Shown here piece by piece: positions 1 to 9,335 of a stretch of 41,050 bases of DNA. Made by a program: the position numbers and the translations under genes. The notes under the pieces were generated by a model. It was not told where the DNA came from, made no database searches, and saw only the letters and a list, made by a program, of their open reading frames with translations. Source of the DNA: a bacterium (GTDB lineage: Bacteria; Patescibacteriota; Doudnabacteria; UBA920); assembly GCA_021791515.1 (NCBI GenBank), contig JAJYWK010000008.1:1-41050 (forward strand), in the 5' to 3' direction. Each line of letters starts with the position of its first letter. The first letter of the stretch is position 1.

Positions 1-2
1 AG

Positions 3-227
3 CCCGAAGCGGTCCAGGTGGACAGAAACGTGGACGAGATGGGCGTTTTGCTTTCCGTGAAAGTCGGAGACGGAGATGCGGGCATCGTAATCGGAAAAGA
101 AGGCCGCGGCATCCAGGCGCTCCGGACAATCATGAATACTGTCGGCCGCCGGGTCAATGCCAGGGTTAATATAAAACTTTTGGTACCGGAACTGGCGGGC
201 CATACCCGTCACAGCGAAATTGATTAA
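3..227 (+). CDS. khpA: KH-domain RNA-binding protein (KhpA/YlqC family), 5' truncated by window edge
   Basis: PEAVQVDRNVDEMGVLLSVKV..DAGIVIGKEGRGIQALRT..ARVNIKL contains the GxxG KH motif; the frame is open back to position 3. Confidence 0.85.
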   Translation, partial: PEAVQVDRNVDEMGVLLSVKVGDGDAGIVIGKEGRGIQALRTIMNTVGRRVNARVNIKLLVPELAGHTRHSEID

Positions 228-237
228 CAAGTAAAGA

Positions 238-266
238 CAGTCCGGCGGCCAACTACCGCCGGACTG
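238..266 (+). other. Perfect 11-bp stem-loop after khpA (no U-tract)
   Basis: cagtccggcgg-ccaacta-ccgccggactg. Confidence 0.6.
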
Positions 267-279
267 CCTACAGACTAAC

Positions 280-585
280 ATGAACACATACAAGGCAGGC
301 AATGAGATAGAAAAGAAAGCCTACGACCGTTTACTCGCCCAGCGCTACTGGGTCGAGAAAACCAGACGGGCGAAATTCCAGCCGCAGGACTTTTTTTACT
401 GCTGGGATTTTATAGCAGTAAATGAAAAACACATTAGATTTATCCAAGTTAGCGGCAAGCCGTTCACCCAAAGGTCGAGGGCCGACAAAGAACGGATGCT
501 GGCCTTCCCAAAACCGCAGGGAACCATAAAAGAATACTGGTATTGGGACGAAAAAAATGAAAGATTCGAAATTCAAACCATATGA
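280..585 (+). CDS. PD-(D/E)xK nuclease, Holliday-junction-resolvase-like
   Basis: GNEIEKKAYDRL..DFFYCWDFIAV..FIQVS fits the Hjc-like E..D..(E/Q)xK pattern, with the final Lys replaced by Ser. Confidence 0.6.
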   Translation: MNTYKAGNEIEKKAYDRLLAQRYWVEKTRRAKFQPQDFFYCWDFIAVNEKHIRFIQVSGKPFTQRSRADKERMLAFPKPQGTIKEYWYWDEKNERFEIQTI

Positions 586-851
586 TTAAAACCAGGCTTG
601 AAACTTTGGAAGACCTGCACAATATGGCTCAGGAAGATCTTATTCGGGGACAAATAAAAATCAGGAACTTGCATGAACTAAAAGATGATGACGTGGTGGA
701 GGGTTTCCAGAAGAAGGGTCTTTATGGGGATTACACGCAGGCGACCAAATGGGATGTGATGGATCAGGAAAAGAAAGAAATCAACCGCATTACCAAAGTT
801 TTGAGAACAATAGAAACCATGATTGAGCAGGAGAAAAAACACCCTAACTAA
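582..851 (+). CDS. Hypothetical phage protein (helical)
   Basis: ATGA overlap with the previous gene; 89 aa. Confidence 0.6.
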   Translation: MIKTRLETLEDLHNMAQEDLIRGQIKIRNLHELKDDDVVEGFQKKGLYGDYTQATKWDVMDQEKKEINRITKVLRTIETMIEQEKKHPN

Positions 852-865
852 ATTGTAAAAAACAC

Positions 866-2140
866 ATGGACAAAAACATAAAGGGAATAAAAATAAGCGG
901 ACTTAAACACCCCAAATACAATCCGCGGGAAATAAACCGGGAAGACCTGGACGCCCTGAAGCGCTCCATCGAAAAATTCGGGCTGCGCGGACTGATAACC
1001 ATCAACACCCACAAAGGCCGTGAGAACATTATTGTAGGCGGCAACCTTACAATAATGGCTTTGAAGGAACTAGACTGGGAGATGCTGCCCGAAAAAAATG
1101 CCGACTTCATAGACCTGAAATTAGAAGACGAGCAGGCGCTTAATGTTGCCCTAAACAAGCTGGCACAGAATCGGGAATGGAACGACGAAAGACTGGCAGA
1201 AATTATGTGGAATTTAAACCACAGTGGGTACGATACCAGCTACACCGGATTCGGCGAAGTGGAAATCAGCAACTTGCTGGACAGCCAAATATTAAACGAG
1301 CCGGATGAGGAAGAAGAAAAGACTCCTGAGGAAGAATACCAGGATATTAAAAAGCCGGAATCAAAATACGGTGAAATTTACCAGCTCGGGCGGCACCGGC
1401 TTATGTGCGGCGATGCGACAAAGATTGAAGACATAAAAAAACTTTTGGGATCAGCCAAGGCGGATATGGTATTTACCGACCCGCCATATAACGTCGCCCA
1501 CGTCAGTCATGAAAAGAAAGGAAAATTTCCGACAGAGCAGGGAAAAATTCTTGGCGACCAGCAGAGCCAGGAAGAGTTCCAAGGCTTCAGCCAAAAGGTC
1601 TTTGCCAACTACTACGAAATTATGAAACCTGGAGCGGTTATTTATGCCTGCACGGGGTATTCAAGTTACCCGCTATGGTATTACGAAATGCTGAATGCGG
1701 GCTTTGAATTTTCCTCCACGATCGTTTGGGTAAAGCCTTCCTTCGCCATTGGCTGGGGTGATTACAAAAAGCAGTACGAGCAGGTAATGAAAGCCAGGCG
1801 GAGCAAGGGCAAAACCAAAGCCCAGCCGATTATGTATGGCTGGAAAAAAGGTGAACGCCATTTTTACTACGGCGACAACAACGAAAGTGACGTGTGGGAC
1901 ATGCCCCGAAAGGCCATCACCAAAATGGCTCACCCCACCGAAAAGCCGGAATGGCTGATTATGCGGGCCATTAAAAATTCCAGCCGGGTAAGCCAAATGG
2001 TGGTCGATTTCTTCGGCGGATCAGGCAGTACCCTGTTCGCCGCAAACAAGCTGGAACGCACCTGCTACTTGTTGGAACTGGACCCCCGCTGGTGCGACGT
2101 TATCCGGAAACGCTGGGAGAAAGTTAAGCTAAAAGAATAA
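866..2140 (+). CDS. ParB-like N-terminal domain plus DNA N6/N4 methyltransferase (beta class)
   Basis: YNPR..LKRSIEKFG (ParB); GRHRLMCGDAT, VFTDPPYN, HPTEKP, VVDFFGGSGST, ELDPRWCDVI. Typical phage gene upstream of terminase. Confidence 0.92.
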   Translation: MDKNIKGIKISGLKHPKYNPREINREDLDALKRSIEKFGLRGLITINTHKGRENIIVGGNLTIMALKELDWEMLPEKNADFIDLKLEDEQALNVALNKLAQNREWNDERLAEIMWNLNHSGYDTSYTGFGEVEISNLLDSQILNEPDEEEEKTPEEEYQDIKKPESKYGEIYQLGRHRLMCGDATKIEDIKKLLGSAKADMVFTDPPYNVAHVSHEKKGKFPTEQGKILGDQQSQEEFQGFSQKVFANYYEIMKPGAVIYACTGYSSYPLWYYEMLNAGFEFSSTIVWVKPSFAIGWGDYKKQYEQVMKARRSKGKTKAQPIMYGWKKGERHFYYGDNNESDVWDMPRKAITKMAHPTEKPEWLIMRAIKNSSRVSQMVVDFFGGSGSTLFAANKLERTCYLLELDPRWCDVIRKRWEKVKLKE

Positions 2141-2142
2141 AT

Positions 2143-2760
2143 ATGTCCCTGCCAACCCTTACGACATCCAAGATGCCTAACGAAACCGAACAGCAGTATT
2201 CTGCTTGGCTTTTGTATTGCGAAGCAGGAAGCATTGATAAGCTCATTAGGCAATGGAACGCCCTCAACCAAAACCCAACCAAAACCCAACCAGAATTTGA
2301 GCCGTTTCTTCATAAACTAGCCGAACTTCCTAATCGCTGGTCAATCGTACAATGGTCAAAAAAATATCGCTGGGTCCAGCGCACCGATTTAAAATTGACT
2401 GAAGATGTTGAGGCTATCCGGGAAAAGATAAAGAAAATTACATCGGCCAAAAAACATAAAATAGCAGAAAACTTTGAACGAATCATAAACAGAAGGCTTA
2501 AACAGTTGCGCGATGGTGAAATAGTAACAGGTAATGACCTAAAACAGGCATGGGAGATGTTACGCACCGAACTTGGCGAGACCATCGGCAAACATGAACT
2601 CGATATCCGGGAAGAAGATCAAAAACCGCCGACCGAAGAAGAAATGGCCGGAATTGGAGACATCAGTCAAGCATTCAAGGCATTTTATGAACAACAATGG
2701 AAACGACCCGGAAAAGAAACTGGTCACCTATTGGGTAACAAAAAACAAGATAAAAAATGA
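2143..2760 (+). CDS. terS: Terminase small subunit (putative)
   Basis: ETEQQYSAWLLY..WSKKYRWVQR HTH-like N-terminus; lies directly before and overlaps terL. Confidence 0.65.
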   Translation: MSLPTLTTSKMPNETEQQYSAWLLYCEAGSIDKLIRQWNALNQNPTKTQPEFEPFLHKLAELPNRWSIVQWSKKYRWVQRTDLKLTEDVEAIREKIKKITSAKKHKIAENFERIINRRLKQLRDGEIVTGNDLKQAWEMLRTELGETIGKHELDIREEDQKPPTEEEMAGIGDISQAFKAFYEQQWKRPGKETGHLLGNKKQDKK

Positions 2761-4234
2761 GAGCGGCGAATTGATAGAATTCGGCGACCACCGTTTCCTT
2801 TGGGAAATTTATGACGACCAAAACCCGGTGCTCGTACTGCGCAAAGGGTCGCAAATCGGCGCCAGCACAATGGAAGTCCTGAAAACTTTTCACGCAGCCC
2901 GCTTCTGGGGAATTAACCAGATTTATACCTTACCGACCGTGGATGACGTAGCCGAGTTCGTAAAAAGCAAAGTTAACCGCATCCTGAAAGTTAATCCCTG
3001 CATCAGGCAAGGCGTGAGTTCAAAGGACGTAGATTCCGTTGAGCAAAAACAAATTGGCAAAGCCTTCCTGTTTTTCAAAGGTACCTACACGGAAAAGGAA
3101 GCGATAATGCTGACTTCCGACCGCAACATCCATGACGAGCTGGACAAATCCAAGCCGGAAGTTATTCGGGATTACATGAGCCGCATCGGCTTCTCCAAAA
3201 TACGCAGCCAGCATTACTTCTCCACCCCGACAATCCCAGATGTAGGCGTAGATAAACTATTCGCACAATCAGACCAAAAATACTGGCGCTTTAACTGTCC
3301 GCATTGCAGATACCGCCAGCACATGGAATGGGATAAAAATCTCGACCGGGAACGAAAAATATATGTCTGCCAGAAATGCCGCAAGGAAATTACATCAAGA
3401 CAGGTTTGCGACCTGGGAGAATGGGAAGCAAAATTCCCAAGCGAATCAATAAGCGGTTACTGGATAAACCAGATGATGTGCCCGTGGAGAACTGCGGCCG
3501 ACTTAATCAAGGAAGAGTCCCTGGCAGAAGACACCCAGTATTTTTATAACTTCGTCCTGGGCCTGCCTTACCTCTCAGCCGACCTCCGCATTCCGGCCAG
3601 CCTGTTCCTGAAAAATCTTACTGAAATCAACGCAGCATCCGAAGGAGACAACGTTATGGGAGCGGACACCGGCAACGAAAACCACGTGGTGATAGGAAAC
3701 AAGAAAGGTATATTCTGGATGGGTAAACTTAAAGACCGGCCCAACCGGACCCGCTGGCAACAGATGGCGGAACTCATCCAATTTTACGACATCAGGACTT
3801 GCGTGGTGGATGCCATGCCCTGGACCGAAGAAGCTTTGCTTCTTGCCAAAAAATTCCCTTACCGGGTCTTTGTAAATTTTTATAAGGAAGATCCGAAGAT
3901 GCTGGAAGTCGTCCGCTGGAACGATGATAAAGAAGGCGAAGAAAAAGAATTTGAAGAAGAGGTCAAAGTGCTGACTTCCCGAAACAGAATTATTGACGAC
4001 ACCATATCCTCCTTAAGGCGCGGGGAAATAAAATTCGACATAGAAAAAGACTACCCCGCTTTCCGCTTGCTCATTGATCACGCCCAGACAATGTACTCGC
4101 GCACAGTAACCGACAAACTTGGACAGGAAAAGCGCGAATGGGAATCCACCACCGGCGAAGACCACCTGTGGCACGCATTAATCTATTGGCACATTGCATT
4201 AAAAAAGCGAAATAAATATGAACCCAACCGTTAA
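2687..4234 (+). CDS. terL: Terminase large subunit, lambda gpA-like
   Basis: RKGSQIGAS (gpA-type Walker A), IHDELD (Walker B), FSTPT, CPHC..CQKC zinc finger, MGADTG nuclease Asp, DHLWHA. ATG 2687 preferred over the ORF-track start at 2573. Confidence 0.88.
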   Translation: MNNNGNDPEKKLVTYWVTKNKIKNESGELIEFGDHRFLWEIYDDQNPVLVLRKGSQIGASTMEVLKTFHAARFWGINQIYTLPTVDDVAEFVKSKVNRILKVNPCIRQGVSSKDVDSVEQKQIGKAFLFFKGTYTEKEAIMLTSDRNIHDELDKSKPEVIRDYMSRIGFSKIRSQHYFSTPTIPDVGVDKLFAQSDQKYWRFNCPHCRYRQHMEWDKNLDRERKIYVCQKCRKEITSRQVCDLGEWEAKFPSESISGYWINQMMCPWRTAADLIKEESLAEDTQYFYNFVLGLPYLSADLRIPASLFLKNLTEINAASEGDNVMGADTGNENHVVIGNKKGIFWMGKLKDRPNRTRWQQMAELIQFYDIRTCVVDAMPWTEEALLLAKKFPYRVFVNFYKEDPKMLEVVRWNDDKEGEEKEFEEEVKVLTSRNRIIDDTISSLRRGEIKFDIEKDYPAFRLLIDHAQTMYSRTVTDKLGQEKREWESTTGEDHLWHALIYWHIALKKRNKYEPNR

Positions 4235-4475
4235 AAATTCAACCGGCAGCAACACAAAAAGGTCAAAATTAGTTGAAAAAGAGGTAAGAAAAAAGTTAAG
4301 TCAGGAAGATGAAACCCTGACCCTTGTAGATATTGCAGCTGGCATAGACGAAGTAAAAAAACATGGCTTCGGACGTGTCGTAATTTTTGTGCAAAATGGC
4401 TACATTTACCATTGGGAGTGGACTAAATCCAAGACCAGGAGGAAAGCAAAACGTCATTTGACTTCTTTCCGATAA
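4218..4475 (+). CDS. Small DUF2292/YezD-like protein
   Basis: IDEVKKHGFGRVVIFVQNGYIYHWEWTKS resembles the family pattern G(F/Y)GxVxIxVxxGxIxxxExT. Confidence 0.55.
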   Translation: MNPTVKNSTGSNTKRSKLVEKEVRKKLSQEDETLTLVDIAAGIDEVKKHGFGRVVIFVQNGYIYHWEWTKSKTRRKAKRHLTSFR

Positions 4476-4705
4476 TGGTCAATGCTTTAGACAGGAGCAT
4501 AAAATAATCTTTAACTACGCCGGATTTTGACTAAATGACGGATATATAGTCTGATTAAACTTTAAAAAATTTTAAAGCCATGAAGCCCGCAAATCAAACA
4601 ATTTGGTTTTGCTTAACTACGCCCCGCCAATATTTTACTGCCCATTTAAATTCAGGCCTTTTCGAGGATTCGACAAAGGTCTTTAATTTTTAAAAGAACA
4701 AATTT

Positions 4706-5809
4706 ATGATGGACAACATCCCAAAACGAAAACTTTTTATAGGAGGAGGAATAACCGCAGCCGGAATAATTCTACTCGGAATTGTGTACTGGCTGGGTTT
4801 TACAGCCCCGCAAAAAAACTCCGGTACGGAAAATTTTATCGTGCCTCTCAAGACATCGCAGCAGGATGCAATCAAAATTTTACGGGACAAAGGATTTATA
4901 AAACAGGAGTGGGCATTCAAAATTGTCTGGGATTTGCAAGGCCTTGATGATCGGACTATCCAGCCTGGCGGATATAAAATTTCCAAAAGCGATTCGCCTT
5001 GGAAGATCGCACAGACCCTCGCTTATAAACAAAGCATGAAGTGGGTGGTAATACCCGAAGGCTGGCGCAAGGAGCAGATCGCGGAACTGCTGGCTTCCAC
5101 CTTTGGCTGGGAGAATAAAGTTAAAAATACCTGGGTCAACACTTTAACTTCCATGAAGTATGACTATGTAGAAGGAGTCTACTTCCCGGACACCTATCTG
5201 ATTCCCGTGGACGAAACCCCGCAGCAGATAGCCGAACGAATGCGTCGGAGATTCGATGAACAGTTCGCGCCCTACGCCAAAGAAGCCTTAGACCAGAACA
5301 TTAAATGGACCACAGCCCTAAAGCTTGCCTCAATTGTTCAAAGGGAAGCCGGAGGCAAACAGGACATGCCAATTATTGCCGGCATCTTATGGAACCGCCT
5401 GCTTAAGGACATGAAACTGGAAGTGGACGCTACCGTGCAGTACGCCAGGGATTCCAAGCTGGCTTATGCCGCCGACCCCTGCGAAGATTCCAACAGCGTC
5501 CAGCGCCAGAACGGAAACTGCTACAATCCCGAACTCATGCAAATGTCCGTGCCATATACCGGAATCCAGGACTGGTGGAAACCCATTACTCCGGCCGACA
5601 AAGACCTTGGATCGCTTTACAATACTTACCTTTACAAAGGCCTGCCCCCACACCCCATTGATAATCCCGGCATTGATGCTATTGATGCCGTCCTTCATCC
5701 TGCCCAAACGGAATGCCTTTACTACCTGCACGACAGCAACCGCCAGATTCACTGCGCCAAGACTTACGAAGAACACCAGCAGAATATCAATCAATATTTA
5801 AAAAATTAA
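4706..5809 (+). CDS. mltG: Endolytic transglycosylase MltG (YceG-like)
   Basis: N-terminal TM; VVIPEGW, EGVYFPDTY, LASIVQREA (catalytic Glu), LEVDATVQY, YNTYLYKGLPPHPIDNPG, LYYLHD, TYEEH. Confidence 0.95.
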   Translation: MMDNIPKRKLFIGGGITAAGIILLGIVYWLGFTAPQKNSGTENFIVPLKTSQQDAIKILRDKGFIKQEWAFKIVWDLQGLDDRTIQPGGYKISKSDSPWKIAQTLAYKQSMKWVVIPEGWRKEQIAELLASTFGWENKVKNTWVNTLTSMKYDYVEGVYFPDTYLIPVDETPQQIAERMRRRFDEQFAPYAKEALDQNIKWTTALKLASIVQREAGGKQDMPIIAGILWNRLLKDMKLEVDATVQYARDSKLAYAADPCEDSNSVQRQNGNCYNPELMQMSVPYTGIQDWWKPITPADKDLGSLYNTYLYKGLPPHPIDNPGIDAIDAVLHPAQTECLYYLHDSNRQIHCAKTYEEHQQNINQYLKN

Positions 5810-5833
5810 ATGCCTTGGAGGGGGAAGGAAAAT

Positions 5834-7042
5834 ATGAATAAAAAAATTATCATTCCCGCCATAATCGTTGTGGTTGCTACCGGAGCCGTGGCTTACGCTA
5901 CGCTTTCAAACAAAAACCAATGCGACAAAAATACAATTACCAGCCCAATACACGGGATTCAAACGATGTCAGAACGGGTTCAAAATACGGAAGGAATTGT
6001 CATCGGTACCATTACAGATATCAAACCGACAGCCTGCCGGAAAGATAAAACCGGTGACTACCATATGTACACTGATTATACCCTTTCTATTGAACAAGGG
6101 ATCAAAGGAAGTATTGACCACGATGTTAATCTTCGTCTACCGGGAGGCAGTATGGGTAGCGGAATAAACAAAATATCTGAGATGGTTGAAGATACCCCGG
6201 AACTTGTCAAAGGAGAAAAACTCCTTGCCTTCCTTTCTAAAAACTCTTCAATAGATTTGCCAAATAACAGCTATTCAATCTACGGCGGTGACTTAGGCTC
6301 GTACCAAATCAAAGACGGACAAGCTATTAACTTTGAAGGGTCTGTGGCCTTGGGAGAGCTAATAAACCAGATACAAGCGCCCATGCAGCTGGTAAAGCCA
6401 ACCGCTGAAAAAATGGAAACCGAGAAAGCATCAATCAGGAAATTTATGGGCGACCCGAACCTCGACCTGATTTACAGGACCACCGATAAGAACGCCACCA
6501 ACCTGACCGTAGGCAAAGTCACCAAGCTAAACAGCGGAGGCTGGCAGATGGATACGCCTAAGGAATGGGAACGGCCGGTGGACATTTACCAGCAGACCGC
6601 TTACATGGACAATCGCTGCGAGATTTACGAATACGAATTGGATTCCAGGAACGCCCAGGTTGTGGAAGTTAGAATTATGTATCCGCAGGAACTCCAAGGA
6701 CAGGACTTAATGGCGGCCGAAATTGGAACTAAGTGCGGGTCGCTCCCGTCCCTGGAAACTCCCTTAAAGACCAAAGACCAGATTGAACAGGAAGCCTTTA
6801 AATACTTAGGCCGGGATAATGGCGACATTCTGATTAAATCGAACATCCAGTTTGTCTATACGCCAAGCATGAAGAACCCCAAGAACGCTCCGGCCTTTAA
6901 CGAATGGAAATGGCAGGATAAAAGCTACAAGCTGCCGGAGGGCTTAACCGCGGACGTAGAACCCTATCCGACCGTAAGAATTATCATGAGCAGTAATGGC
7001 AGGCTGGTAAATTATTTTAACTCAAGAGGATTGTTTAACTAA
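5834..7042 (+). CDS. Exported two-domain protein: TIMP/OB-fold-like N-domain plus PepSY-like C-domain
   Basis: Signal/TM MNKKIIIPAIIVVVA. N-half aligns by eye to 10698-11288 and C-half to 8693-9334. Confidence 0.6.
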   Translation: MNKKIIIPAIIVVVATGAVAYATLSNKNQCDKNTITSPIHGIQTMSERVQNTEGIVIGTITDIKPTACRKDKTGDYHMYTDYTLSIEQGIKGSIDHDVNLRLPGGSMGSGINKISEMVEDTPELVKGEKLLAFLSKNSSIDLPNNSYSIYGGDLGSYQIKDGQAINFEGSVALGELINQIQAPMQLVKPTAEKMETEKASIRKFMGDPNLDLIYRTTDKNATNLTVGKVTKLNSGGWQMDTPKEWERPVDIYQQTAYMDNRCEIYEYELDSRNAQVVEVRIMYPQELQGQDLMAAEIGTKCGSLPSLETPLKTKDQIEQEAFKYLGRDNGDILIKSNIQFVYTPSMKNPKNAPAFNEWKWQDKSYKLPEGLTADVEPYPTVRIIMSSNGRLVNYFNSRGLFN

Positions 7043-7052
7043 CGAAAATACC

Positions 7053-8195
7053 ATGAACAAAACAATACCAATTTGGATTAAAATAGGGTTGCCTGTTATC
7101 GTGCTGTCCGTAGCCTCGGGCCTGGCTGCATGGAAATATAACTCAGCTAAAAGCGTGAGCGGCAATCCCATAGCACAAAAGGCTTACGCCGCCCTGGCCG
7201 ACAAAGACAACACAATTGAGCGGGTTAAAATCATCATGCAGGACAGCACGCTTGAAACCTGGCATGATCCGGCAACTGGCTATTCACGTTCGGAGAGCAA
7301 AGACCTTCAGGGCAATATTCAGAATATAACGATTGTAAAGGGAGATACAGTTGTGCATCTGGCACCGGCTGAAAAGAAAGCTTCCATAACCCATTTAAGT
7401 CCCAGGATTGTAAAGATGAACGAATACCTCTATTACTCCAAACAGTTTGACCTGATTAAGGTGGATTTAAATTCAGCCGACTGGACAAGGCTTCCCGATG
7501 CTACTATTCATGGCACAAAGACTTACGTGATTGAACACTTGGCCAAAGGGACTATCGACAGTCGAGTGGTCATGAGGCTCTACCTGGACCAGAATTCTCT
7601 AATGCCAATCCGCGATGAGCTTTATTCGGAAGACCACAAAAAATTATTGAACAGCGATGACCGGGAATATAAGCTAGTGTCGTCTGCTGAAGAACCATCA
7701 CTTTTTGACACCACTATCCCCCAAGGATATAGCGTAACCGAAACTTACAGCAATGACATAGTTACATCAAACGAATGGGCCAACTACAACTCCAGTATTT
7801 ACCCTATATCATTTAGCGTCCCGCCTAAGTCTGCCGTCATTATTGAAAACAATGGCTCGCCCGCTCAATTTATCGAAGTGCGGGGGCAGGCAATAAACGA
7901 CACCTACTGGCCATGGATAGAGATACAAGCCTTGATGTTTACTCCCTCGAAAAATTTAAGACAATGGGTTGAGAATCAATTTACAAATGCCTATTCCAAA
8001 GTGAAAGACACTAAGGTAGCCGGATTACCTGCTGTGCATGGTGTGCATGACCGAAGTGAACAAAGCTATGGTAGCGAAGACTACTATATGGTTTACAAAG
8101 GCAAGCTGTATAAAATCACGTTTCTGAATTCCACCGGCAAAGATTCGGACTGGATGCTGTATAACAAATTTTTAGAAAGCATAAAATTTCAATAA
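7053..8195 (+). CDS. Exported protein: LolA/RseB-like N-domain plus PsbP-like C-domain
   Basis: TM anchor; ETWHDP..G..R.E, ATIHGTKTYVI, RLYLDQNSLMPIR, FDTTIPQG; then WANYNSSIYPISFSVP..VAGLPA..YKGKLYKITF..FLESIKF. Confidence 0.55.
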   Translation: MNKTIPIWIKIGLPVIVLSVASGLAAWKYNSAKSVSGNPIAQKAYAALADKDNTIERVKIIMQDSTLETWHDPATGYSRSESKDLQGNIQNITIVKGDTVVHLAPAEKKASITHLSPRIVKMNEYLYYSKQFDLIKVDLNSADWTRLPDATIHGTKTYVIEHLAKGTIDSRVVMRLYLDQNSLMPIRDELYSEDHKKLLNSDDREYKLVSSAEEPSLFDTTIPQGYSVTETYSNDIVTSNEWANYNSSIYPISFSVPPKSAVIIENNGSPAQFIEVRGQAINDTYWPWIEIQALMFTPSKNLRQWVENQFTNAYSKVKDTKVAGLPAVHGVHDRSEQSYGSEDYYMVYKGKLYKITFLNSTGKDSDWMLYNKFLESIKFQ

Positions 8196-8200
8196 AATAT

Positions 8201-8578
8201 ATGAAAAAGACACTTTTGATATCAGTTGGGTTTTCCATACTTTTTGTGATGTTAAATACTTTTCTATTCTGGGGTGATTGGTTTTGGGGCGACTGGCACT
8301 TCATATTATATTACGGCCTGTTACCAGGATTTTGTCTTGCCTATATTCAGAAGTATGAAACAAGCTTGCAGATTATAAAACCGACCCTTATAGGTTCAAT
8401 AATATGGAGCTTTTTAGGAATGCTGTTAGTGGTATTTATATCTGTACTAAAGTCCGGCACTCCGTTTGACTGGCAAGCAATACTGCAAGGAGGGCTGATT
8501 TACGCAATCATATCATTCATAGGTGGACTTGTGGAAATTGTTATCAAAGGCTTCATAGCCTTAGCTAAGAGAGTCTAA
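8201..8578 (+). CDS. Small integral membrane protein (about 4 TM)
   Basis: Four hydrophobic stretches in 125 aa. Confidence 0.7.
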   Translation: MKKTLLISVGFSILFVMLNTFLFWGDWFWGDWHFILYYGLLPGFCLAYIQKYETSLQIIKPTLIGSIIWSFLGMLLVVFISVLKSGTPFDWQAILQGGLIYAIISFIGGLVEIVIKGFIALAKRV

Positions 8579-8692
8579 ATTTACTATCGGCAGTCCCGCT
8601 CCTGTTGCGAGTTGGTTGGAACACGCAACGTTAAGGAGTGGCCGACGGGGCGGAGAAATAAAATAAAATTAAACAGAAACAAAGAGCAAGTT

Positions 8693-9334
8693 ATGAACAA
8701 AAAACTTCTATTCGGAACATTGGCTCTCGGTCTAATCTTTGGTTCAGTATTTGGCTTCCAAGCAATTCGCAAAATCCAGTCCGCAGATGCCGCAGTAGCC
8801 GGACAAACGCAAATGATAGACGCACAAGGAAAGCTTATGCAGGCGACACAGTCCAATATTGATAATGGCCTGGCCTCTGTACGGACGTTCAAAAAAAGTC
8901 CGGCTGTGAATGTGACCTACCAAAATACAATTTGGAATCCTTATTACAGCGCGGACCCAACCGGAAGACCTGAATCCCAAGCTCTAAACTTTGTCGATGA
9001 CGAAGGCTGGCTGTACACGGTAGCGGCTGATACCAACAAAATTATCCAAGTTGGTCCGGCCCCGCGTACGTCATTAGACCAACCGACTCCCACGCTGGAC
9101 TTTACTGCACGCTATTCCAAAAATGAACTCCAACAATATGCCATCAAATGGCTTAAGGATCAGGGTGCCAATGTCGATGAAGCGACCAAGGGTCTTGAAT
9201 TCTCGGTAACCACGAAAGATGAAAAGGGTTATTTTTTCCGTTGGACTGATAAAAATTCAACGGACAAAATGCGCTTCCTGCAAGTCGGATTTACGATAGG
9301 TGGAAGCTTGCTCAGCTATACAAACTCCCTCTGA
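8693..9334 (+). CDS. Exported PepSY/YcdB-like protein
   Basis: Signal MNKKLLFGTLALGLIFG (ATG 8693); YTVAADTNKIIQV, YSKNELQQYAIKWL, YFFRW, LQVGFTIGGSLLSY. Confidence 0.5.
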   Translation: MNKKLLFGTLALGLIFGSVFGFQAIRKIQSADAAVAGQTQMIDAQGKLMQATQSNIDNGLASVRTFKKSPAVNVTYQNTIWNPYYSADPTGRPESQALNFVDDEGWLYTVAADTNKIIQVGPAPRTSLDQPTPTLDFTARYSKNELQQYAIKWLKDQGANVDEATKGLEFSVTTKDEKGYFFRWTDKNSTDKMRFLQVGFTIGGSLLSYTNSL

Positions 9335-9335
9335 T

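Noticed and set aside
2573-2686. ORF-track N-terminal extensions (also 8612, 9300, 10025, 22335, 36646)
   Set aside because: They overlap upstream genes or precede clear signal peptides; downstream ATGs fit operon spacing better.
4660-4680. tmRNA/tRNA-like ggattcgac as an attachment site
   Set aside because: No acceptor stem or cloverleaf around it; no tRNA recognised anywhere in the window.
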